In this document: positions 1 to 12,788 of the stretch, one piece after another
Layout: every line of letters begins with the position of its first letter
Numbering within the stretch: the first letter of the stretch is position 1
From: Octopus vulgaris
Lineage: Eukaryota
DNA length: 64,000 bases
Direction: 5' to 3'
NCBI GenBank assembly: GCA_951406725.2
Contig: OX597822.1
Location: 78,678,001 to 78,742,000, forward strand
Translations under genes and position numbers: made by a program
Notes under the pieces: generated by a model
What the model was told of the DNA's origin: nothing
What the model saw: the letters and a program-made list of their open reading frames with translations, nothing else
Databases searched by the model: none

Positions 1-1290
1 AGTTCTTATTCTGGTTCAGACGATGATCGGGGTCATATTCTGGTACAGACGTTGACCAGAGTTCTTATTCTGGTACAGACGTTGACCAGAGTTCTTATTC
101 TGGTACAGTTGTTGACCAGAGTTCTTATTCTGGTTCAGTTGTTGACCAGAGTTCTTATTCTGGTACAGACGTTGACCGGAGTTCTTATTCTGATACAGAG
201 GTTGACCAGAGTTCTTATTCTGGTTCAGACGATGATCGGGGGTCATATTCTGGTACAGACGTTGACCAGAGTTCTTATTCTGGTACAGACGTTGACCAGA
301 GTTCTTATTCTGGTACAGTCGTTGACCAGAGTTCTTATTCTGGCACAGACGGTGATCAGAGGTCTTATTCTGGCACAGACGATGATCGGGGGTCTTATTC
401 TGGTACAGACGTTGACCAGAGTTCTTATTCTGGTACAGACGTTGACCAGAGTTCTTATTCTGGTACAGTCGTTGACCAGAGTTCTTATTCTGGTTCAGTC
501 GTTGACCAGAGTTCTTATTCTGGTACAGACGTTGACCGGAGTTCTTATTCTGGTACAGATGTTGACCAGAGTTCTTATTCTGGTTCAGTCATTGACCAGA
601 GTTCTTATTCTGGCACAGATGTTGATCAGGGATCTTATTCTGGCACAGATGTTGATCAGGGATCTTATTCTGGTACTGACGTTGACCAGGGATCTTATTC
701 AGGTACAAATGTTGACCAGAGTTCTTATTCTGGTAGTGCCATTGACCAGGGGTCTTATTCTTGTACAGATGTTAACCAGAGCTCTTACTCTGGTACAGAC
801 GTTGATCAGGGGTCTTGCTCAGATACAGACGTTGATCAGGGATCTTACTCAGGTACAGACATTGATCAAGGATCTTATTCTGGTACTGACGTTGATCAAG
901 GGTCTGATTCAGGTACCGACGTTGATCAGGGGTCTATTTCTGGCACAGACCTTAACCGGAGGTCTTACTCTGACACAGACGTTGATGACAGGTCTTACTC
1001 TGGCTCAGACGTTGATAATGGGTCTTACTCTGGCACAGACATTGACGACGGGTCTAATTCTGGTACAGAAATTGATCAGGAGTCTAATTCTGGTACAGAC
1101 GTTAAGCAGGGGTCTTATTCTGGTACAGACGTTGACAAGAGGTCTAATTCTGGGACTGATTATGACCAGAAATCTTTTGCTGGGACTGACTTTGATCAAG
1201 AATCATTTGCCAGAACTAATTATCTCAAAGGGTCATTTTCTGGCACTGATTGCAGCCAGGATTCATATGCCAGTACAGACCAAAGATCGT
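1..1290 (+). repeat. 30-bp tandem repeat (agttcttattctggtacagacgttgaccag), homogeneous at 5' end and degenerating toward 3' end
   Basis: Directly visible 30-nt periodicity. Confidence 0.97.
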
Positions 1291-1313
1291 TTGTCAGTGC
1301 TTTTTATTATTAG
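30..1313 (+). CDS. Repetitive coding exon (5' end outside window): ~43 x decapeptide (S/G)SYSGTDVDQ, ending ...DQRSFVSAFYY*
   Basis: Frame +3 (codons start at 33, 36, ...) is stop-free until TAG at 1311-1313. Much unit-to-unit variation is synonymous at third positions in this frame (tat/tac, ggt/ggc/ggg, gat/gac, tct/tca, aca/act/acc). A G4 run at 29-32, against G5 in the equivalent unit at 238-242, shifts frame at the window edge. Confidence 0.7.
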   Translation, partial: GSYSGTDVDQSSYSGTDVDQSSYSGTVVDQSSYSGSVVDQSSYSGTDVDRSSYSDTEVDQSSYSGSDDDRGSYSGTDVDQSSYSGTDVDQSSYSGTVVDQSSYSGTDGDQRSYSGTDDDRGSYSGTDVDQSSYSGTDVDQSSYSGTVVDQSSYSGSVVDQSSYSGTDVDRSSYSGTDVDQSSYSGSVIDQSSYSGTDVDQGSYSGTDVDQGSYSGTDVDQGSYSGTNVDQSSYSGSAIDQGSYSCTDVNQSSYSGTDVDQGSCSDTDVDQGSYSGTDIDQGSYSGTDVDQGSDSGTDVDQGSISGTDLNRRSYSDTDVDDRSYSGSDVDNGSYSGTDIDDGSNSGTEIDQESNSGTDVKQGSYSGTDVDKRSNSGTDYDQKSFAGTDFDQESFARTNYLKGSFSGTDCSQDSYASTDQRSFVSAFYY

Positions 1314-1699
1314 AACTTTACTCTTTCTGACAATAACAGGAGGTCATTTGTAAGCATGGCTGTGGAGCACACACTGCTCTGTTTGTAGGAAGTAGTATCT
1401 TTTGTGCTCTTTGTAACAAGGTGATGGTTAAAATCTTATATAAAATAGCAAACTTCAAAAGCATGTTGTTAACACTGAAAAGGCATGAACTGATATTGGA
1501 GATTTCTGACTAATCGTTCCTTGTTTTAACCTTTGCACTCACTCATGTGGTTCTGATTTTTATATTGATTTTTTTTTTTTTTTTATTGGTGATTTAATTA
1601 ATTTATTCATATAATTATTGCATTCTGTCTCCTCACCTCCACACCTAATTGTTATCTCCTTGAATTCTAGCTGGCCATTTATTGTGTATCGTGTATCTT

Positions 1700-1908
1700 T
1701 TAATCCTTCAGCATTCTGATTACTCTGTCAAATGCAATACTTATTTATCAGGCATAATCTTGTAGCTTCAAGATTTCAAAGATGTGTTTGTATATTTTTA
1801 GAATGACATTGAAGGGTAGGTGTGAAAGGTTGGATCTCATTAATTTTATTATGAACCAGATAGAATGTTTAGGGCCAACTATGACTAGATTAAATGCTAA
1901 AGGGTTAA
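1700..1908. mobile_element. TTAA-flanked (piggyBac-like) MITE; second copy in opposite orientation at 20841-21044
   Basis: Ends ttaa|tccttcagcatt ... aatgctaaaggg|ttaa; the internal sequence is the reverse complement of 20841-21044. Confidence 0.6.
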
Positions 1909-2046
1909 AATAGATGAATGGTAGTATAACAGCAGACATATTGATTTGAAGCCAGACACTACCTGGTCACAGACAATAAATTAAGTATCTATATATATGT
2001 GTGTGTTTGTGTGTGTCGAAGGGCACATTATTGAAAGTTAAAAGCA

Positions 2047-2192
2047 TGGATGAAAGCAGTTTGATTCAGACTCCTTGGTACTCTGAGTTTCATGTGTGGC
2101 ACTAAGCTTTGGGCATTGGCCATTGGCCAAAGATTAGCACAACACTTGAAACTGAGAGTACCAAGGGATTTAAATCAAACAGTTTTGATCCA
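2047..2192. mobile_element. Foldback/MITE-like palindrome (~65-bp arms)
   Basis: tggatgaaagcagtttgatt...ccttggtactct...ctttgg pairs with ccaaag...agagtaccaagg...aatcaaacagttttgatcca. Confidence 0.75.
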
Positions 2193-2386
2193 CGTATATG
2201 TATGTGTGTGTATATGTATATAAAAGTATATTAAGTAGTGCAAACTACCATCTTCTCTTTACTTAATTAATATAATTACCCCAACTGACACTGCAGATGA
2301 AAACAGGTTGCCCAAACTGTGCCAGTGCTCTGCTCAAAACTTAAACACACCAATCAACTTATACCTATTAGTCCAAAACATCAATC

Positions 2387-2418
<32 letters not shown>

Positions 2419-2683
2419 TGGATGAGTAGCAAAGGATGAAATCCCTTAAATCTCACTGTGCTGATTAAGTACATGCAACAGGCTCATGATTTAGCATGTT
2501 AAAAATATACAACCTCTTTCTGTTGGCCAGTAAAAAAAATATAATATGCATATTATCTCATATGAAATGTGGAGAGTTCCAGATAGTATCTCACTATCAA
2601 AAACGAGGTAATTTGGTCCCCATATCTCAAGTGCTCCTGCACAGAACTGTGAATGCTCAGCTTTTGCACAGTAAGGGTTAATG

Positions 2684-2875
2684 CTAAAAAGCACTGGTGC
2701 TGGGGCCTTGTAAAAAGGACTCAGTGCATTCCGTAAAGTGGTTGGCATTTAGGATAGGCATCCAGCTGTAGAAACCACGCCAAAACAGGTAATGGAGCCT
2801 GGTGTGGTCCCTGGCTTTACCAGCTCCTGTTGAAATGTCCAATACATGGACAACAAACATTAGATTATGATGATT
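2684..2875 (+). mobile_element. Short copy of the RTE 3' end ((GAT)n-tailed truncated LINE or LINE-dependent SINE); others at ~4288-4329, 9536-9810, 11440-11616, 12812-12960, 32960-33123, 38650-38790, 59219-59340
   Basis: Shares ggttggc(a/g)ttaggaagggcatccagc(t/c)gtagaaac and the ...gacgttaaa(c/t)gatgatg tail with the RTE element at 21362-21540. Confidence 0.8.
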
Positions 2876-4257
2876 ATATGTATATGTGAGTGTGTGTGTG
2901 TGTGTATATATATGTGTATGTATAGACACATTTGTGGCTGTGTGGTAAGTAGCTTGCTTACCAACCACATTGTTCCTGGTTCAGTCCTACTTATCGTTTC
3001 ATGACTGTATTGCCCTTCAAAATGAAATCCAAAATTGATAATCATTATCCACGTCAGAGAAAAGGATGAATTTCTGTGTAGTTAATCGAATGAGGGAGAT
3101 GCTATTTAAAAACATGTGATAAAGTTGTTTAAAAAAGTTATTGGTACAGATGTGCATAGGGCTAAAAATTTAGAAAAAATATAAACCCATGGTAAAATCC
3201 TTTGTAGTAATCCATAATAGCTGTGTATAGATAGAAGTCCCATAATTCCATTCTTATCAATATGTAATCCATAAATGTAATTTTTCCTGCTCTTTATGAT
3301 ATATAATCACTCTTATTAAATCTTTAAATCTCTAAATACCTTTAAGGTTTGAGACATTTCCTTACCAACAGCACTTATTCAAAATTCAGTATACTGTAGA
3401 CTCATTGACTATATTTTATTAACAATGTGTGTGTGTGTGTTTGACAACTGATGCTGGTGTGTTTGCGTCCCTGTAACTTAGCAGTTCGGCAAAAACTAGG
3501 CTTACAAAGAATAGGTCCTGGAGTCGATTTGCTTGACTAAAGGCGGTGCTCCAGCATGGCTGCAGTTTAATGACTGAAAGAAGTAAAAGAATATATATAC
3601 ACACACACACACACACATACACACACACACATATACACACACACACATATACACACGCACACACACATATACATACACACACACACACAGGTTTGGTGAT
3701 GCAAACAGGAAAATGGAACTCAAAACATAATTTTTTATTATTAATAATTTGCGGAAGTTACAGAGTAATGCAAGAGCCAAGAGGTAAGCGCTAATGCATG
3801 AAACTCTCAGCTCTCAAGATACTCTGTAATTTCCGTCTGCTATGAATAATAATTGTGCGCGCGCGTATGTGTGTGTGTGTGTGAAAATTGGATATTTCTT
3901 TTCTAAAGTTTTGGGATAGTTTTTGGTGTTCAATTCAATAATTCTGCTGATTTTTATTTGTTTATACTTGGATGACCTTTTCTAGCCTGCTTTTAGTACA
4001 AATATAATCTGTATTGATTTCATATTCATTGATATACAAACAGGGTGTGGTGACTTGCCATTCACCCATCTCACATCTGTGGCACTTTAGCGTATGCACA
4101 AACAGTAGCTTTGATAAAAATTTACTATTTTCACCCAAATGACTTCTGGTTAAGAGAGTTGTGTAGGAATAAATGCTTAGAACTTAATGTCATACTCATG
4201 CACACTTGTAATTTTAGGCTGATTCATGTTTAGAATTTACCTAACTCATGGATACTT

Positions 4258-4288
<31 letters not shown>

Positions 4289-6747
4289 CATTATCGTTTA
4301 ACGTCCGTTTTCCATGCTAGCATGGGTTATATATATATAGATTGGTTTAAGAGACAGAACCACCTCCATGCAACTCGATCAACATTGAAAGACAGTATCT
4401 ATGATAGAGCTATATAATATTAAATATTATCAAATTAGACGAAAAAGTAGCTTCACCATTCCATATCGAAATCATTGTACTACACTTTGACAATTCTTGG
4501 TATCTGAAACAGCTGGAGATACGATAGTTTAATGAAAAGAACCGGCTATTGCAAGCAAAAATATATGAATATTGAAAAAAACACATTTGGCCAAATTTGG
4601 ACATACAACAGTTTAACATTATACCGACAATATATATGTGTGTGTGTGTACATATGTAGGGCAGGTTTCTTTCAGTTTCTGTCTACCAGATTCACTCACA
4701 AGGCTTTGGTCAGCCCAAGGCTATGGTAGAAGACACTTGTCCAAGGTGTTACGCATTGTGACTGAACCAGAAACCACATGGCCGGGAAGAAAACTTTTTA
4801 ACTGCACAGTCACACTTGCTCCTATAACCATACCTATGCTTGTAACCACACCACCTATAAGCCACACCTTAGAAGGTGATATGAATAATAATGATAGAAT
4901 GTAAGTCATTCAGAAATATTCCAAATCTAGTAGATTTTTTTTTTGCTTTTATTGGGGTTTTTTTTAACAAATTTTATTCAACAAAAACAATAACAACATG
5001 TAACAAAAACAATGATTATTCTGGTGCATATTCACCATCTACTTCAATTACTGCTTCCCGTTTGCTTGGCAGACGGTCAGACTGTAATTTAAGAATGTTT
5101 TTGTTAAATATTGTTATTGTTTTTGTTGAAAAAAAGCCACAATAATTATGCGCCAACCCGATAGCTTTTTAAAAGGCTGGAGGTGGAGGGACAGAAAGTT
5201 TGTTAATATTTGTCCTTAGTTCCAATGTGAAGCAAAAGAAAACTACTAAAAAAAAATAGGTGAGGAGCAAAGGCTTCAACTCTATTATAATTGCAGAAGT
5301 AAACTGCTGGGTCCAAGGAAAATTAATGGTGGTCTGGGATTGTTATTTTGGTTTGTTGGTAGGATAACAACTAATAGTAGTACTTCTACTACAATAATGA
5401 TTTTTTTTTTTAACATTGATACAAAGCCATAATATTATATTGGTGGTGGGTAATGTTGGCTAAATCAGTGCTCAGCACTTGACTGCTACTTATTTTGTGG
5501 ACCACAGAAGGATGAAAGGCAAATTTGACTTCAACATGATTTGAACCGAGAACATAAAATGGAATGTAAGTAATTACCATTAAGAACTTAATATATTTTG
5601 TTGCATTTTGGGAGGGTCATTATGCCAATAATAAACACACTGGTTGTATTTCACTTCTTTATTAACTCGTCAGTTGGTATGCTTTTTAGCCAGTTAATTA
5701 ATTGATTGTTTGGTTAATCAATCAATAAGTTATGTTGGTCATAATTTAAAAGCTCACATGTGAGGCTATGTCACTGAAGTGATTCCAAGCATAACTGATT
5801 AATAGTTTAACTGTAATAATTAATCAAACAATCAATAAGGTAGTTAATTAAACAGCTAACCAATTCTCAAATAAAGAAGTGAAATAGAACCAGTGTGTGT
5901 GTGTGTTTATCATTGGCATAGTGATCCATCCAAGATACAACAAAATATGTTTCAACACATGAGCTCATGTCAAGTATCTTGCAAGCCAAATACAAAAACA
6001 GAATATTAAAAATTTTCATCAGTTTTTGTCATTTATCTTCTTTGACTGGGCAAGGAATAATAATAATAATGATACATTTGAGAATCAATGGCAGCAGCAG
6101 TAGTAGTAGTAGTAATACTAGTAGTTGTTGTAATAATCGCAGTATGTTGTTCCTGCGAGTCTCATATACCTGATACATACAGAGCAGTAGTAGTTGTGTT
6201 AATAATGTGGATTTAAGAAATTTTTTTTTATACACATTCCATTATGATTTGGTAAAGGAAATAGGATTAATAGCAAATTTGCTAAAAATAAGAGAAACTA
6301 CATATGCCCACCACACACACACACACATGTAGAAATGAAACTATTTGTAGAAATGTGTAAATTTGCTGATCCTTCAAATCAATGAAAATTTCAGAATATA
6401 AATAATGCATAAAATGCCATAGATTTGCTGTTAACAGGAAGAAAGAGTTGAAAGAAAACCCACCAATAAATGAACTAATATCTTACTTTTTTAAACCATA
6501 TTTGATGGCATAAAAGATGCACAGGTGTATTAGCTGCCCCCAAATTCAGCAACATATTTTCAGAAAAAAAAAATGCTTTTAGGGCACTAAAGCTTATGAG
6601 AGGCCCAACTTCACTTACAGAACCCAGGGTAATATTTTTGGAGTCAGGGTTTTTGGGAAAACATGTGCATCTTATGTGCCATCAAAATACGGTATTTTAT
6701 TTATTATAAGCCTTCTCTACCCCTTTTTTTTTCTTTTCTTTTTGCAG

Positions 6748-6878
6748 TTTTACAGAACAAACGAAGCCGCAAAGTGAACCTACAAAGAATACGAGCAAAG
6801 CAGAAACGAGAACAGCAACAATCGAGGTACCGACATCTATATCAAGTTCGGCGCTTCAATGGTGATGTTATATCTCAG
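6748..6878 (+). CDS. Internal coding exon of unidentified host gene: (V)LQNKRSRKVNLQRIRAKQKREQQQSRYRHLYQVRRFNGDVISQ
   Basis: Long polypyrimidine tract with ttgcag acceptor at 6747 (alternative ttacag acceptor at 6755), phase-0 donor CAG|GTATGT at 6878/6879, non-repetitive open frame. Confidence 0.75.
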
Positions 6879-7240
6879 GTATGTCTCTAGACAAGCTAGA
6901 AAAGGTTGTTTGTTTATTTGTGTTCTTTTTTTCTCTATTCACTTGATTTTTTAGAGTGATAACAGACCATCATAATCATACACACTCACACACAAAACAT
7001 TGGAAATGTATGCCATTCTTACCACACAGCTGCTCCTGCACCTACATATATATATATATATAAATGTTTATTAAGTAATTTTTTATTGAACACAAATTTA
7101 TTGCCTTACTTAAAGAAACAAATAATAAACTAATGAAAAAAATCGCAGAAGTTTTAGGAAATAGAAAAGAAACTCCATTAGAAAACTGAAATCCAAAAAA
7201 GGGCTTTACTTTTGCCACATCCTGTATTTCAGGAGTTAGC

Positions 7241-7686
7241 AAGGTGGCAAGCTGCAGAATTATTAGCATACCATATGAATTGCTTAGAGGTATTTCATCT
7301 GTTTTTACATTCCGAGTTCAAATTACATCAAGGTTGACTTTGCCTTTCAAATTTTTGGGGTCAATAAAACAAGTACTCGTTGAGTACTGAGGTCAATGTA
7401 ATCAACTTAGCCTCCCCCTCCTCCCAAAATTGCAGGCCTTGTGCCAAAATTTGAAACCATTATTTTAGGAATTAGCAAGATGATGAGTTGGCAGAATTGT
7501 TAGCATGCCAAACAAAATTGCTTAGCAACATTTCATCCATTTTTATATTCTGAGTTCAAATTCCAATGAAGTTGACATTACCTTTCAACCCTTCAGGGTC
7601 AATAAAATAAGTACCAGTTCAGAATTGGGGTCAATGTTATGAACTAGCCACCCCGCTCCCCCAAGCTTTGTACCTATAGTAGAAAG
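7241..7686 (+). mobile_element. Two adjacent tRNA-derived SINEs (family A); further copies at ~8841-8990, 12293-12345, 13997-14104, 31368-31537, 38046-38260, 47910-48127, 54620-54710, 60326-60430
   Basis: A-box-like tggcagaa, B-box gagttcaaattc, and conserved core gtcgactttgcctttcatcctttcggggtcgataaattaagtacc, which resembles the Deu/Nin-type SINE core. Confidence 0.85.
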
Positions 7687-8567
7687 CAATATTTTTAAAG
7701 TTAGTCTCCACATAATAGAATGGGTTGTGTCCCTTGTCAAATTTTTTATGATTTTAAATCATTTCACAATCAAAATTTGTTTAGTTTTAAAAGAATGTGA
7801 GGGTTTGGGGAAATAGATATACATAAATATATTTACTTCCTCCCTCATTTTTTTATGTTTCTATTATGAAATGTAGTAAATTTCATTGTTGTTCCATTGT
7901 TTTAATCTGCTTATACGTGTGTATTATCTGCTTTATTTTGTTGTTGTTTTCGTTTTTTTTTTTTTTTATGTTTATGTATTTCCTGCTCCTCTCCAACTTC
8001 CTGACTTCTTGAGGTTCCATTCTTAACCAATCATTATTTGATTTTCTTTTATCTATTACTTGTTTCAGTCATTGGGCTGTGACCATGCTGGGGCACTGCC
8101 TTGAAGGGTATAGTCAAACAAATCAAGCCCAGTGTTTATTTTTTTAACATGTAGTACTTATTCCATTGGTCTCTCATGCCAAACCACTAAATAATAGGGG
8201 CATTAACAAACCAACATTGGTTTTCAAGTGGTTTAGGGTAAAAGCAAACACAAATATTCCCTATTCCTGGGAGGGTCGTAGGGGTAGAGTCCTAGATGCA
8301 ACCCGTCATTATACTTTCCAGCTAGATCCCCAAGTACAACCAACTGAAATGACAGATCTTATCCAACCATCTTGCACTTCTTTCCTGCAACATTCTAACC
8401 ACATATCCACAGTGCCAGAGCTGTGACTGCTCAAAGCAAAGAAGCAGTGTTTCGATATGGAGAGATCCCCACTCCTGATCTCCAAGCTACACACACACTA
8501 AGGAATAACATTACTCAAGAGATCCTTCAGGAAAATACCATTTTGGTGAGTATATGTATATATGAAG

Positions 8568-8835
8568 GTGCACGGCTTAGTGGTTGGAGCATTGGGCTCA
8601 CAATCACAAGCTAGTGGGTTCAGTTCCCAGACCAGACTGTTGTATTCTTGAGCAAGATTTTTTATTTCATGTTGTTCCAGTTCACTCAGCTGTAGAAATG
8701 AGTTGTGACATCACTGGTGCCTTTCTCTTAGATAACATTGGTGGCATGGTATGCATGGGCAACTGCTGGTCTTCCATAAACAACCTTGCTTGGCTTGTGT
8801 CTCAAAGGGGAACTTTCTAGATGCAATCCCAAGGT
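8568..8835 (+). mobile_element. tRNA-derived SINE (family C); related copies at 11620-11738 (-) and 39560-39785 (-)
   Basis: Head cggcttagtggttggagc...gggttcagttccc followed by tcttgagcaag; reverse-complement matches elsewhere in the window. Confidence 0.7.
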
Positions 8836-10093
8836 TAGTACACCAGGCAAAATGCTTAGCAGTATTTCACCCATCTTTACGTTCTGGGTTCAAATTCCAC
8901 AAAGGTCGACTTTGCCTTTCATCCTTTCGGGGTCAATAAATTAAGTACCAGTTGCATACTGGGGTTGATCTAATTAACTGAGTCCCTAAACAAATATTAT
9001 TATTATTACTTCCGCTCTTGCTAAGGCAGAGGTATTGTTTTCAGTTGTGTTTGTTTGTTGGTTTCTTTGCTTGTCTGTGGACAAGATATCTCAAGAACCG
9101 CTGGATGTATTCGATTGAAACTTTCAGGGATGTTTGGCCTCAAGACTGGCATGAACTGATTATATTTTGGGATCGAGATCCGGTGCCAGACAAGGTTTCT
9201 GGATTATTTTGCCTGGTGTACTAACAATTCTGCCAGCTCACTGCCTTTTTAAATAATAAAAATAATAATAATAATATGGAAACTGAGAGAAGCCTGTTGT
9301 GTGTGTGTTTCCTTGTTTTGACATTGTGCAATAGTTGTAAAATGGTTGTCAATGTCATACAAGTAGAATCATTCAATTCCAATATTCTGCAAATTGCAAA
9401 AAAGATTTCTGACCTTGGGAAAATATTACCTTGTTTGGAAACAGGTGAGAGTTAGTAACGAGAAGGGCATCAATAAACTGTGAACCTTTGAAGCATGGAA
9501 AAGCAGACGTTAAAGCAATGATGACATTCTGTGCATCGTCGTCATCATCATCATTTAACATCCGTTGTCCATGCTGGCTGGCATGGGTTGAACAGTTTGA
9601 CCAGGGCTGGTAAGCTGAGAGAGTGCACCAGACTCCAGTCTGATTTGGCATGGTTTCTACAGCTGGATGCCCTTCCTAATGCCAACCACTCCAAGAGTGT
9701 AGTGGGTGCTCTTACGTGCCACTAGCACATGTGCCCATTGTGTGACACCGGTATCTGCTTTGACTGCAATTTGACTTCGCTTGATGGGTCTTCTTCTCAA
9801 GCACACATAATCCTTTGGTAATCAGTTTCTCCAAACCCACTTTGCATGTTATTCTTCCGAAACTAATAAAACAAGGAGTGTTGTTGATGTACTCAAATAT
9901 ACTCTAGGAAGCAATGTCCTCTCAATATGGCCACCTATAGTCCACTGACTGAAACCTAGAAGAGAATCTCAAATTTTGGAAGTTGAAAGTTATATCTGTT
10001 ATCTCCCTTTGCTGCAAAACTCTTCTATATTTTGTTGCTTTATTGTTAAATGCAGATCAAACCCCTTTTTTCTCTTTCTTTCTCTCTTCCCCT

Positions 10094-10129
<36 letters not shown>

Positions 10130-10503
10130 CAGTTCTTTGCATTTAATGTCGTTAACGGCATAAAATTTAATTCTAAATCTATCTTTTTGTAGTGATTTTT
10201 TTTTTTTTGGTCATTGTTCATTCTTCATTAAATCATGAAGCTTTTGATGAATTTTTTTATACAATATTTCAGATTAAATGTAGAATGGGGAATAAGAAAT
10301 TAGAAGCTTTGTATTTATCCTTTATAGATTAAACTTTAATTTTAACCGTTACAGGTGGGGGGGGGGGAGATTTTTGTTTTATATTACTAAACATGTAAAA
10401 GGATGTTTGCAGATTTAGATTTAGAATTTCCCTTATTTCAGATACTTGTCTTTGAAATGAAATGAGATTTTGAGTGGGGTTTTTTGTTTGTTTGTATGTC
10501 TCC

Positions 10504-10557
<54 letters not shown>

Positions 10558-12527
10558 AACCTAGCTCGCTGTTGCTGTTACATAAGCACTCTATGTGCTT
10601 CGCTTCGTTCATCACCACCCCTTCCACTCCCTGGATATTATTGCCCTGAGTTTGTAGTGGTGTAGGTAGCTAAATAGTTGAATGATCTCCCTTGCAAGAA
10701 AGAATATAGAGTAACCTCCCTTTACTAAGTTTCTCAAAGTGTCTGTGTCATGAGACGTGATACTTAATTATTCAAGAAGCTTAGCGTTTCTCTTGGAAGT
10801 TTCTAGAATGTCTAGCGTAACCCTCCTCTTTGCTTCTTAGTCGATTAGACTTGGAGCCATTGATGTCATTGCTATGTCCATCTATTTCTCTATGCCACAT
10901 GACTGAAAGCCACTGCTTAGCTGTTATTTCTGTATTTCCTATCTGTGAACTTTCTTATAAAGATTATTACTTCATTCAACTAGATTCTACATTTTGATTA
11001 TTTTCAACATTGACCAGCAAATAAAATATATTATGTAGTAAATATATAGTTCTTTAATTTATTCTTCATCTCTATATGAACTCTTATAATAATATACATG
11101 CAGCCACATCAACACCTGGTACTGAATATATATTCCCACTACATAAATTGGTGACTTCGACGTGAGAAATCAATACAAGCTCTAGGACTCACAGGGCTTG
11201 TTTCTTGGTTTCCACGTGGTATTAATGACCAAGATCATGACATTCGCTCTTAATGTCATGATCCAGGCCTCATGGAGGCAAAGTGGCTGAGTTCCTTTCA
11301 AGCATTGGGCCCCATGGAGGTAAAGTGGCTGAGTTTCTTTTGAGCATCAGGCCTCATGGAGGCAATGACCGAGACTGTTGGTACTATGTCATGCTTGAGA
11401 AGAAAACCCATCAAGCCAAGCAAAATTACAGTCATGACAGATACTGGTATCACACAAATGGCACCCGAGCTGGTGGCATGTAAAAGTACTTGTTACACTC
11501 TCAGAGTAGCTAGCATTAGGAAGGGCATCCAGTCATAGAAAATCATGTCAATCAGACTGGAGCCTGGTGCAGCCCATGTCAGTATGGACAGCAGACATTA
11601 AATGATGATAATGATGAACTGGAGCAACAGGAAATGAAATGTTTTGCTAAAAAAAAACAAGACATTGTTCGGACCAAGAATTGAAACCACGATCTTGTGA
11701 TTGTGCATGCAGCACCTTAACCACTAGGCCACAAGCCTTAACCTTCCTACTTTGGAGACATGTAAATATCACATCTCACATTCTCCTAATCTCTTGAAGT
11801 CATGTCCACTGAACGACCATTGATAGCTATTTCTAATGAGTAAACAAAAGCAATGTACAAGCAAGACTGATTCAATGGAGGGAGTGATATAATGTACGAC
11901 ACATCCATTTGAATCCTTTGTGAAGGAACTCAGAAATTGCAGAACTCTCATCCATCATCTAACAATGGAAGAGTCCATAACATACACACACTCTCACACA
12001 CACCTATGTGTTTGTGTTTGTTCCTCACCACTGGCCTGACAAATAGGTCTGGTTTGTTTACATTCCTGCAGTTTAGTAGAACTGACCAATAAAATAAATA
12101 TCAGATTAAAAACAACGTACTGGGATTGATTTGTTCTAGTAAGAACCTTCAAGCCAATGCCCCAGCAATGGTTGCAATCCAATGTCTGGAACAAGATTCT
12201 TTTAAATATGTGTATGCTTTTCACACACACACTTGGCTGTACAAATAGTAAATAAGTACTTAATAATGTATGTTATAGAATTAATTTATTCAAAGGCGGT
12301 GAGCTAGCAGAAACATTAGCATGCTGGGCGAAATGCTTAGCGGTATTTTTTTTTCAAAGAGTTAGAGGTTGTGAATCCAACCAACTAAGGGATAGAATCT
12401 ATCCCATATACTGCTGGTAGAATACCCAATTATTAATACACAAGTGTTGGTTATTCAGTGGTAATTACACTACTGAGTATGATAATTAGGTGAGAGTAAT
12501 AAGTGGTTTTACTCTTAATTTATATGG

Positions 12528-12788
12528 CAAGAAAATGGAGGGAATCCAGAGGTAGCATTCATCAGCTGTTAGGCATTATATTATGTCTATTTATTTATTT
12601 TAAACAGTTCAGATAATATATATAAATACATGTGTAAAGTATTAGTAATTTCTAGAATAGAGAAAGAAGAGCAATACTTTACACAGGTATTTATATATAT
12701 ATATTATCTGAACTGTTTAAAATAAGTAGACATAATATAACATCTAACAGCTGATGAATACGACTTCTGGATTCCCTCCATTTTCTTA
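12528..12788. mobile_element. Foldback element, ~115-bp inverted arms
   Basis: aagaaaatggagggaatccagagg...tgtgtaaagtatt pairs with aatactttacaca...cttctggattccctccattttctt. Confidence 0.85.

Noticed and set aside
1-1290. CRISPR-like appearance of the 30-bp repeats
   Set aside because: Units are contiguous with no unique spacers, there are no cas genes, and the context is eukaryotic.
52-1353. 433-aa hydrophobic ORF (LTRVLILVQT)n in frame +1
   Set aside because: Shadow frame of the 30-bp repeat; substitution patterns favour frame +3 and the ORF starts at TTG.
7241-7330. tRNA genes at A/B-box-containing sequences
   Set aside because: These are multi-copy SINE heads without a complete cloverleaf.
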